Source of the DNA: Lingula anatina
Lineage: Eukaryota > Animalia > Brachiopoda
Direction of reading: 5' to 3'
Length of the DNA: 64,000 nucleotides
Assembly: GCA_051362555.1 (NCBI GenBank)
Contig: CM120645.1
Coordinates: 13,516,001 to 13,580,000, forward strand
Positions 26,701 to 38,548 of this stretch are shown piece after piece. How positions within the stretch are numbered: the stretch's first letter is position 1; each line of letters starts with the position of its first letter. Both the position numbers and the translations under genes were made by a program. The notes below the pieces were generated by a model. It saw only the letters and a program-made list of their open reading frames with translations, searched no databases and had not been told where the DNA came from.

Positions 26701-28972
26701 GCAGTTGCTCATAACCTTTAGGTCTAAAAAAGCAAATCAAAATAATAATAATAATAATTTATTAAGATTGCAACCCAGTGGGTTGAAGTTGTACATAGTG
26801 TTAAGAAAATTATAATGAAAATAAAGTGAATATTTGCTTGAATAAAACTGAGTTAAAAGACTGCTAATTGAACTTTAAAATTATTGTACTTAGGATAAAA
26901 GACAACATACAATGTAATACTATTGGAAATTTAAAAGTGCATACGGAATAAAAGAGCATCAGAATCTGTCGGTCTTAAATTGTGGCACTTTGTTACTATT
27001 GTTTGATCTTAAAAGACGATTGGATTGATCAATAAAGATGTGATTCAGTTTGTCAGAGGATTCAGTTATTTTGTAAAAGAAAGTTTTGCACAAATCTCTT
27101 CGTTTATCTAAAGTACACATATGCCAGGTTCAGGGTTTCATCATATTATAGGTCAGGGAAAATAATCTTCAAAGCACGAGTTTGGTCAGTCTCTTAGAGT
27201 TTGCATTGCTCTATAGTTAGTCCTGGATGCCACACAGGGCAGGCATATTCTAGAATTGAGTGCACAATACTTTGGTAAAGCTTAGCTCGTTTCAGTTGAC
27301 GGAGGAAATAGAGTCTTGCATTATGCTTACATTATGTGTCGCCAATTTGGAAAAAAAATTGATAAAAGAGAAATCATGCACCTATATGCCTAATATATGA
27401 GGAGGGAATATCAACTTATTAAAATTCTGCTTACTCTAAAGACATGTTTTAGTCCCATGTTGGATCATCAGGATTCTTTAATTCCCTCTTCTTCAGCATC
27501 TTCCTCCTCTTCCATCTGCACTTCTTCCAGTTCAGGCATACCATAGGAAAAAGTTACCTTGATACTGCAACCAAAAAAAAAAAAAAAAGCAACAGTACAT
27601 AAAATAAGATAATCGAGTTTGAGAAAATTATGTAAAAACATAACTGAAATAAGTATAAAACTCAACTGAAATAAGTATAAATGCCATTTTTCTCAATATG
27701 ATCACCTTAAATTATCTAGACTGTCATCTTCAACTGCACTAGTATTAACTACAACTTAATTTTGAAGTTTCTTGATCACTTCATATTGGTTTAATCTCCG
27801 AAATACTGGTTGGAAGTTAAAATTGTATGATCTAAATTATTACTCTGGACTATTTAATACATTAGAGAGATGTACCAAACATAAACATGCAATATCCCCT
27901 TTCTGATTTATTTATTTTTAATGTAAAAAGGAGACAAATTGTCTTTAAAATATAAAATCAAAATACTACTATTTATTTTCACTTATAGTTGACATGCCAT
28001 TTAACATTGGGTTAAACTTAGATACAATAACAGCTTCTGCACATTCATTTTGGGATATAGATGCCTAAAGAAATAGCATCTTTGTCATATGTCTTAATTA
28101 CTGTGGTATGCCTAGATGTTAGAGGCACAAGAAATGTGCCCTCGGTAAGTCAAAACTTCGCCCTGGTCATTGTAATGTATATGTAATGAGACTAGTATCT
28201 CCCACCATGTCCGTTTTTATTTAAACTTTCTTTGCTCTATAAACTAACCCAAACCCTGTCAGATTCGACATATGAGCAACACTTGCAATTTCTGTCATCG
28301 ATACCACTCATATTAGTTACAATTTCATGGCATATTTTGACAGACGAGCCTGACAATCGTTAAGATATACAACGAACACACGTAAATAAACATAAATCTC
28401 TGTGCTTAATAAATATTTTCACTGGTGTCTTATCTCAAAGATTATTGTAAATGGTACTCACAAATCCAGTAAATACTTCGCGGCCAGGCCATTCTTCGTA
28501 TCCATGGCCACCCAAGCAGGTTTTCATCTGCCTTCTTCCTCGCCGGTGTTTATTGTTTGCCTGTCGTACATTTGCTGATACACTGTTTTACGCATGTTTT
28601 TTGTAAAGGCTGTTTCTTTTTTCTTTTTGTTATCTGTCTTCGCTTCTTCGAAGGACTCCCAGCATAACTGAGCCTCCTGTTTCACGTTGTCCTTTCCCGG
28701 CAGCTTGAACTGGTTTTAACTAGGTCGCAATACGAGAATCTCGCGAGATCCGGAAGTCTAGAGAGCTCAATTATGAAAATGGAGGTGGTTGTTGGTAAAC
28801 CTCCGCTTAAGCGGAGGTTTTCTTTTTATTGTATTTTCCAAAAATGTTACAGAGCGATGGCGAGTGCCGGGAATGATAGATTAAAGGTTGGTAAATCGCG
28901 GAAAAGTAGTGTTAACCTCGGGATAAATCAGGATAAATCAATTTTGGCGCGAAAATCCTCTTTTGTGTCCTT
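23777..28972. mobile_element. Kolobok-like DNA transposon, copy 2 (tandem, near-identical to copy 1)
   Basis: Direct repeat of 18582..23772. Visible differences are only homopolymer lengths (G11/G14, C17/C20, A17/A16; net +5 bp). Followed by TTAA at 28973-28976. Confidence 0.8.
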
Positions 28973-29490
28973 TTAAGCTTCACTACAATAAGCACTATGA
29001 AAATATGTTAAATACGTTTACATTATTTGTTTTCACAAAAAGTCATTACACACTGTATCCCAAGTATGAGGTGGTGTCACACTATCCCAAAATTGACATC
29101 AGATGGTCGTGCGAGTAATCTGAATTACGCCCTTAGATAGCTCCGAACAGTCACCAATCAAAGCAATTACTAGGTCTACTTCAGTACTCTGTAAAGGTGT
29201 CCATGACTATTTATGGGGAGTAATTCCAATATCTGTAAAATATATGTAATGTGTAACAGATGTAATGTTGAGAACGGTAAACGCAGAGAATGACGCTTCT
29301 TGTGATGCCAGTAGGACACAAAATAATTGTATAAAGAGTCTAAACAACTACATGTATGCGTGCGTTCACAATGTCGTCCACATTGTCGTACTGGGTAGTT
29401 ATGTTATAAACGCACTCTATTACCAAATTAGAAGCAAATTAATGTAAAATATTTGCAATCCCAATATATATGTTCTTATTGTATCCTTAA

Positions 29491-29947
29491 AGGGATAACA
29501 GCGGTTCACTTTGGCCAAAAAATGAAATTTCCTGGGGTAAACAACAACTTTCTAAAAATATTTGTAGCGCCCTTTGTTCCAATACGTGTGTTTGTGTGTG
29601 TGTTCTCCTTGTATCCTAAAAGGGATAACAACTGTTCATTTTTGTCAAAAATGAACTTTCCTGGGGCTAACAACAATTTTCCCATTTTTGTCAATGGTTA
29701 GTGAATCTATTTCTACATTAAAATTTAGTTCCTGTTTCTTTATCTAGAAAACTTGCTTTTTGTAATAATCTCTTAAGAAATCAATACAGACTATAGACAT
29801 CTATGGAGGTGACATGATCGGATGGCTAGCACAGATTTTACAATAATTGCTTTAACTGCCATTTTTGGTGGTGAAATAGAATATATTGTAGTATCCTTGA
29901 GTTGTTTATAATGTTTTTTATTGTTTCATTCTAGAGTTGTTATCCCT
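29491..29947. mobile_element. TTAA-flanked MITE (Kolobok-type) with duplicated 5' end
   Basis: TTAA-AGGGATAACA... at 29487 and ...GTTGTTATCCCT-TTAA at 29936-29951. A second copy of the 5' terminus begins at 29621. Confidence 0.65.
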
Positions 29948-30746
29948 TTAAGGTTACTTTTACATCTCCAAAAATCAATTTACAAAGTTTTAAACGGTCA
30001 TAATAACATACACCATAATTACGAACATTATTGATCTTCCATGAATTTTTACAAATGAAATATATTTCTAAACTGAATGTATTGTTTTGGATTGATCAAC
30101 ATTCCGTTAAAAGCTAACCTAATTATCCTCCTCCTACTCTGCACCCATACAGCATGAACGTAGATAAATGAATAACGATACCCTTTTTTGAATGCTTTAA
30201 GACGTACCTAACTCTTTACTTGGCGATGTCTCGGTCTGTCTCTACCCTTCGATCTTACATTAAAATCACTGTTTTCTTTCAAATTTGAATAGGTGCCTTG
30301 TTTTGTAAAATCAGCAGGCTGTTTTAAAAGGTCACTGCCCTGGCTTCACAAGTCTAAATGTTAAACTATTGGAAGATGACCTTGAATAATTTGTTATTAC
30401 ACAGCTCACGCACTCACATGCCATTTAAAGTAGCTTAAAGTCTAGGTTAATGTCAGGTAATGTTTGGTTAAGTCCCCTTTACACTGGACGTTGTTCTTTG
30501 TACGTCCCTACTAAGATCAAGAAATGTGGTCAGGACTCCCAATGGGTGTGAGCTCCGAATATAAGCTCCCATGCACTTTGCCATGATAGCGTGTCTTGTA
30601 AGCTCTACCCCAAAGCAATCAAATCAAATTGCTTGCCTCCCCTGTGCGTCCCCTATGCAACCCACGGAGGCCATTTCGATGTTTGAGCGACCATCAGTTC
30701 TAAAATAAGGACATCTCCAGAAAACAAAACGAGTAATTAGGAATAA

Positions 30747-31824
30747 GGCCACACTTTTTTATTTTTATGGATGACATCCTCTGGGGACCCCAAAATCGGT
30801 GAGAGCGGGCGAAAAAAAAAAACAGTAAAAAAAAAAAAAAACTGCTTAAGAAAAGTTATGTTTTCAGTACACAGCTGGAAACACTAATTTACCACAGAAA
30901 CACGTATCAAACTAACAACATGTCTTTATCCATGCTCTCAAAATATTAAAGCATTGTGAATAGGGCCTACTTCGTAGAAAGGTAAAAAGTCATGAATATA
31001 TATATATGCTGCATATTACCAAATCTATTTAAGGTTATTTCATGCATTCTGTTGGTATAGCAATCAATAAAACAAATATCAAATAAACAGCGTGTCTTTA
31101 TTTGTACTCTCAGAAAATTTAAGCATTGTGAACACTTCACAGAATTGTTAAAAAATGAAGCAAAGATAGGCCTATGCTTCCTACTACCAAATCTAAAAAA
31201 GGTAATTTCGGTCGATGCCATTTTGTCTACTTCGACTCACACGTAGCAGCCAACTATTGGGTGGCCTGTCCGACCTTCAGTCCACCAAATACCACGACGC
31301 TCTTGTCGACCCTTTTTTCGCTACAAAAAAAAAACTGGTAAGCCTATGTGCTGCTTTGGTCAGAGTGTCACTGAAATTTTCCGGGCAATGATCGCTGGCT
31401 GCGGCCAGCCTTTCGTATAATTGTAAAAAGGTGATATCTCCATGTCCAATATCAATGGCAAACCAATCCAAAACGCCGCCCCCCGTTCTCTTTATGACTT
31501 TAATTGTCGTGTATTTTGAAATTAATGCTAGAGATGAATTTGACGGCAAAGCGGCCATATTTCCACGTGGTGATAATACGCATGCGCAGAAAGCTCATTT
31601 TCCGCACTCGGAACTACTCGGATGTCTCCGCAGTCGACAATGACAGCATGGAGCTTGCGGAATTAGCCGAGGATTGCCGATTGCATTTTCCGGCAAATTC
31701 AATAACGACGTTTGCGACAACCGACTTCCTTGGGTTTTTTTTTTTTTTTTTTTTTTTTTTTGGAGAACGGATGAAAATCGGTGCGCGCGCAGGATGTCAT
31801 CCATAAAATTAAAAAAGTGTGGCC
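30747..31824. mobile_element. Non-autonomous TIR DNA transposon with TAA target duplication (PIF/Harbinger-like)
   Basis: ~34-bp TIRs GGCCACACTTTTTTATTTTTATGGATGACATCCT / AGGATGTCATCCATAAAATTAAAAAAGTGTGGCC, with TAA on both sides. Confidence 0.8.
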
Positions 31825-34112
31825 TAAACTTCCTTTTCAAACTACAGTTATGCAAGGTCTGAATGGATTGATAATAAGCTAGATGATCATTGTTGTCCTT
31901 TTGAAAGGGATGGAAAGGCGCCCTAGACGAGGAGGGCTGACTGACACAACAGAAAGTTTTTAACCATTTAAAAATCCGTTTTCAACAGATGCATTTTGCA
32001 AACACTCCGCCAAGAACTGTATCTTGAAAAAAAAAAAAAGAGACAAAATATTCGTTTTGTATTTACCTCCAAAGATAGGTCAGTTCAAAAATTTTAGAAA
32101 ACATATTGATTGGAGGCTGCTACGAGCCCACTAGTATTTGTTACCCTGAGATGTCCTGTCTCTGGTGAAAAATACACTAGAAAGGCCCCGTTTGGGAGTA
32201 AAAATTATAATATTTTAAGTCCTACCACTGGCCGATCATTGTGAATTCATTCTGCAACCAAAGCAATACTTGTGCCTCATTTCTACGACCGGAGCAATGT
32301 GTCTGGTGAAATACGAAGGTCGTTAACCTCACTCAATGGGCCACTTTTTCGTAAGTCGCCAGTAAAAGAGCGGAAAGGTCCTTATTCTAAACTTTTTGTC
32401 CTTGCCGCACAACGTGTTCCCTCTGTACCAAAAGAAAGGCTTCTGTGATTGTAATAAGGCTAATTTCACCCTGGCCTTTTTGAATGGGATGTGTCGTCTG
32501 CTCAGCAGTGCTAACTACTGGTGCTCTCCTAGCGTTCCTTTGCTTAATTTATATAATGGTAACAGTCAAGGTCACAAGAGGATGCGTCAATTTGACTACT
32601 CTTATTACCTTGCCATTTCATGGCATTAATAGAAAAAACAGTCCAAGTGTTCAAATCGTGGCATAATAGCAAGGAATATGAAGTTAACGGACCCAAAAGT
32701 AATTACTTTGGGGATTTTAGAATTCTTAAAACTTGCAATATTTTACACTCGCAAAAATTGAAAATCATGTTCATTTCCTAACGTATTTTCCGATCAGACC
32801 TAAAAGATTATAATGTGGACCGAGCAATTTGAGTTCTGAGCGTTGCAGTCAAAGTTGAAGGAAACAGTGCATTTCATTTTTCCCGATGGGCGGAAAAAAA
32901 ACCCCAATAACTCCGACATTGTGAGGGGTTAGTTGGGATTATGCATGGACGTAAGTTTAAGTCCACCCTGTAATTTTATACTCAGCACAGGGGTTCAATA
33001 TACGATAATAATCGTCATTCTTCATAAACAGTAACCGTTTTATTTACATCATATTTATTTCATAGTTTCGAAGACAATTATATATATGTTGATAGGTTTA
33101 AATCGTTAAACCGGTGAGAGAGACATTGGGGACACTGGTCAAATAAAGATTAAGGCAACATGAGGTATTTATATTTATTAGAAAAAAAAAACGTTTTTGA
33201 TTATCCTCATAATACCGTGGTAAACACACTTTATATCCAGGTTACGAGATGATAACAACGTACGAATACTGATTATTTTCCTGCAGACTCATTTGACTTA
33301 ATTTGCCTTAATTAATTTAATTTAGCCACTGAAAATAAGAGTGTCATTTTTTCAGCTAGGGTATCTGTTTTATAATATGATATGTCCATAAAAAGTGTCT
33401 AGATATTTTAATAATATGATAAGATAAAGACATAAAACAACATTTTCCCTAATACTGTAGATTTAAAAACATAGCACCCAACCCAATCCGTATCAATACA
33501 AGAGTTTTCAAGAAATAAAACAGGCTCTAACAACCTCCTGACTGCTGCTTTACAAATGGAAAAAAATAATCTTATCTAAAACAAATAAAATCCCATTCAA
33601 AAGTCAGGGCTGTCGGCCATATGGAAGAAAAGTTTATATTGCAATAATCCCAACTCACTTGGTTGGTGTATTTTTCAGCGCAGTCGGTCTCGCTTTAATC
33701 TCCCACGCGGAATCAATGTGTTGCTCAACAGTTTCCGTCTTCTACTGTCAATATGGCATCACAATAAAAATTGATAAAAGTGATCTTAGTCCATAAAAGA
33801 AGCGCAACTGACTTGCGCGTTTACGTCATTTCATTTAAAGTTAGACGCACTTACGACGATCCTTATTACCCGGAAATAGCCCCCATCTTCCAGGGCAATT
33901 GTGCAATTGTGTGTAATGGAAAAAGCATGTTGGCCGAACGCCTTACAAGGCACCAGGCCTTGGATGCTTGAATATCACTGCAATTAATAAAATTAAATAA
34001 CATACAAATCTCGGAAAGTTTATCACCACCAAAAATGACAATTGCGGGCTAACCGCAAACTTTCAATAACTGTGAACAAGACGTAGTGTGTAAACTGAGG
34101 CAGTTGAAAGCC

Positions 34113-37100
34113 TCACGAGCTATACACAGACTCTAACCGCAGATCGTCGATATCTTCATGACAGGCAGGAGTCAACGTAAAGAACAGTACAGTGGCAATC
34201 ACGGTGACGATCACGTAAGTACCAAAGACCAGTCTGTCAATGACGTAAGCGATCAGTTGCCATTGGGTCTTGGAGCACTCGTCTTCCTTTTGCTTCTGCC
34301 CGTCTTCATCGCCGCCCTGAAGCGTGCGCAGTATGTCCTTTAGCAGTTGTGTGCTCTTTAAGAGGTTTTCGTGATCATTGGAATCGTCCTCGGGAAGGCT
34401 AAGATCGCTTCTTTCCTGAGTATTGTGGCCGTTCAACCCGTTTTCGCTTTTCTTTTGATACTTCACCGCAGTCACGTTGGCTCCTCGTTCCCAACTATGA
34501 TGGTGGTCCTAAAATGACCAACGTTTGCCATGTTAACGGGATGCACAATACGTTTGCCCCCGATGAAGGGATTTCGCTTGCTAAGGACATCTCATATGTT
34601 TTATGTTATTATAAGGAAAATTAGGTCATACGTGTTTTATGAAGAAAAAAAAAGACCAAACCAAGAGCCACATTTTAAAAAGAACCATAAAGTATATCTT
34701 AAAGAATTTTTATACATGTAGTTGACGTTCTATTTTGAGTAAAACAATAAAAGCTGTTTTTATTAGCCCTTTAATTTCATGTCTCAACTATATGGTTTCA
34801 TATCGTTTGGTTTTAAAATATGTTATTATTATTATTGTTGTTTTTTCTATGTAAACTGTCGCGATTAAATATAGCTTGGGCTTTAAATGATAATTTATGT
34901 TAATGTTTTTAACGCTTTGCAGCCCTTAAATATAAATCCCACTTTTCTGACAGTTGTCATCCACTTCTGCAAGTGGCAATGTGGACAGTAAGTCCATGCA
35001 TTCCAAAAACTAAAACAATTCACCTCCGGTTCCTTTCCTCGAAGCGCCTCCTTTACCGTCTTTTTCTTTCCAATAACGGTGGCAACAAATCCTAAAAACA
35101 CCTTCTGCATCCAGTAGGGCACGCTCTGGCCACGCTCACCCCTGAAGTGGATGTTGGTGACCATGATACTAGTGATGGTTGAGATACAGAGCAACACCAG
35201 CACCGTCACGAGGTAAACACCTAAATAAATAAATAAAAGTATGGATGCAATTATTTAAATTAAAAAGCAATTAAAATGAATGAAGAAAGTAGAAATGTAT
35301 GAATGAAAAGTGCTACAGCCAGACAAACAACGAAAAAAATCTTGGAAAAGTGGACACTGCATGCCTATAGCGCAGTTATTTTCATGGTGGGAGCGTTGAG
35401 GAAAAAAACTAAATGTGTTACACGGAGATGGAGACCACAAGCATGGAGAATCATAGATAAATTGCAGCTTCCAACTGACACAGACTAATTATAAGATATG
35501 TATAGGGTTAAAATGAACGGTCTTACTCAAAACGGGGACCACCTCAGACTGCGTAGGTGTCAAATCGGAGACCAGCTGCAGGAACACCATCAGAGCCAAG
35601 ACGGCCGTCACACCAAAGGACACTTTCTCCCCAGACTCCACCGGTAGATAGAAACTTATGGCGGCCATGGCAAGAACCACGATACACGGCAGTACAAGGT
35701 TGAAGATATAGAACAGGGGTTTTCGGCAAACAATCAGATAAAAGGTCACATCTGGGTAGGGCTCTGGGCAGCAGCTGTAGTACTTCACGGTCCTCATGAC
35801 GGGTACCTTGGCAAGACGCCATTCCCCGTTGGTCACAAAGGATTTCATGTCACCCATTTCGGACATGTTCCGCAGGTCTAACTGGTACCCGTTGAAGTGC
35901 CAAGAGCCGAATTTGATGGGGCATCTTTGTGTGTCGTAAGGGAAGTAGTTAATATCCATCAAACAGCTGCTTTTTAGGATGATAGGAGTTCGCCAGGAGA
36001 CCAAGCCTTCGCTGGTGACGGTGGCAGTGTAGGCTGATAGGTCTCGTTCTTCTTCGCGGACGCTGGAGCCAGTTCAAATGAAAGATTTGAAAGTGCAGTT
36101 CTTGTGCTGCCAATGTGAAGACAAATATCTAAAGCCCCCTTTACACTGGGCGGCGTCCTTTCTGCGTTCCGACATACGGCTCCGTTTAAGAGTAAAAAAA
36201 AACTTATTAATTACGAGACTCGGGATTTATTCTGCGACCACAGCGATGCCACTTTCATGGTAGCACAAAGGACGCAGAAAGAACGCCGGCCAGTGTAAAG
36301 AGGGTTTAAGCTACTTCACTGAAGTGTCGAACGAAAGGTGATGCAATCCGAGCTGCTAAATATTTTAAATTGCACCTACGTAAAAAATTGCATTTCTATT
36401 GACAAAAAATAATAGAGGTAAATCTTTACTAATCTTTTATTAATGTACCTATTTTGTGTACATGCTGCATCACTAAGGAATACTATTACCATTCTAGAGT
36501 GACATCTCTACGTGTTAATTCATGCATGTATATAAACACACTGAAACAACACATGGTATATACTTCAGTATATACCCACTTACTCGTTATGAATGGTAAC
36601 GTCGGGTTTCCATATTGACGAAATAGAAACCTCGAAGGAAGAGATGTTATGGTAGTCAGTTGGGTTCCATGTAAGAATCTCATCCACCCATTGCTAAAAA
36701 AATGAAATATCATTCCATGTGAATCTAATGTCTCAAATGTTGGATCCACTTACTCGTTATAAATGGTAATGTCTGGTTTCCATATTGACGCAATTGACGC
36801 CTCAAAGGAAGAGATGTTATTGTACTCAAGTGGGTTCCATGTAAGGATCTCGTCTACCCATTGCTAAAATATGAAATATTGTTTGATTGAAAACAAATGT
36901 GTCGAAACATCCTAAAAGTCATTTTCACATATCGAAGAAAAGCTAGTATGAAAGCATATTTTAACAGTCCAATGGAAGCAAGGGAAAAGGAAAAAGTGGA
37001 CAAAAGTTAATATGTAATTAACATTTGTATACATCGATGCATATTTCACTCCCATACCTGTCTTAACCAGAGACTGAGGAACAAAATTTGTTCTGCTGCA

Positions 37101-38495
37101 TTCTGAAATAAAAAGCATAATATAATTAATATACATAAACAAAAGGTCATGCCACAATTTTTTTAATTCTTGACGTTTGCAGACAACTACACCTCATTAG
37201 TTTGGAGACACTGAAAACTCAACGACAGAGGGTAAAACCGAGACACGTTACATTTATCAGGGTTCTCTGAACCGCAGCCTTCTCCCATTAAAATTAAACA
37301 GAATTTATAATTTGTACAAATTTCTAGCTAACTGAAATGCTGGGGACGCAGAAACTGTGTCTTTTTATTAGTTCGCTTTATTAGATTGGCCACAATGCTT
37401 GACCCGTTACTACAGTGTAAATAATTTTGGATAGACGTGCGTCAAAGGAAAGAAAACCTCAAACACTATTTTGCCATGCATACCAAGTCGGATCCAGAAG
37501 GAACGCAAAGGGTAAACACTTCCGATCTGGTAATATCGGGGTGGAGAGGGGGATATGAGGTTTAAAAATACTTGTGTACGCGTACTATATGTTTGGTAGA
37601 TCAGTCAGTAAATCAGTCAGTTAGAAAACAGCACAAATCAAACCCCACCCATCCAAACCCCTAATTATATACTCACCAGTTCTATGAGTTGGTTAATACT
37701 AATATCGATGCTGACATTGACTGGCGTGTCCATGTCCTTCACTGGCCTGTTACTGCTGTCGTAGGTCTTGAACAACTCACTCTTTAAGTTGATCAGCGTC
37801 CCATACGAGCCTGTGCCATTGCTTATACCTACGTTGGAAACGATTAGAAAACATGAATGTCATTTACAACCTATATGGGAAATGAGTTCCCGTCATATGT
37901 AGAGTTATTCCTCGTACATGTATCATGCCTGCTTATTTTCATGCACGTTGTATGCGTGCCCGGTTGTGCATTCATGTTGTATGCGTGCCCGGTTGTGTTT
38001 GTTTCCCTGTGCGTGCATGCATGTGTCTGGATGAATTCGTTCAATATACTAAGTAAAAGGTAAAATACAAACCATTGTATCGATGCAATTTAATGTACCT
38101 GCACGTGTGTATTTGTGCTTTGGAGATGTAAGGTCATTGTGTTTTTCACACACAGCCCTACACGTACATGTATATTTAAGTACTACATGTAGTAAGGGCT
38201 AAATCTGTAAATAAACTATGACTCTAAATGAATGTAAATTCAAATAGACCGGGGTGTTTGTGATAATAATATGACAGCAATTTGTGTTTGCAGCAGGATA
38301 TACTCAATTAGAAACAATTCTGATTGTGTAATTGCAACTTTATCGGAAATTTCAATGTATAATTTACATCTTTCGTTTATTTCTCTTTGAATCATATCTC
38401 ACAAACGTGATTTGTATTAGTGTACATGTGAGTGTGCGTTTTTGCATGCGAGTTTAACTATGCGTGCATATATGTGTGTGCACGCTTATACCTAA

Positions 38496-38548
<53 letters not shown>

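Noticed and set aside
18582-28972. piggyBac or LTR-retrotransposon interpretation of the 5.2-kb direct repeat
   Set aside because: Ends are AG...TT, not CC...GG or TG...CA; there is no internal region between the repeats and no gag/pol.
37484-37526. Possible extra copy of nAChR exon 3 (reads ...SFWIRL with a GTATG donor)
   Set aside because: 43 nt and wrong phase; the true 45-nt exon 3 is at 37102..37058.
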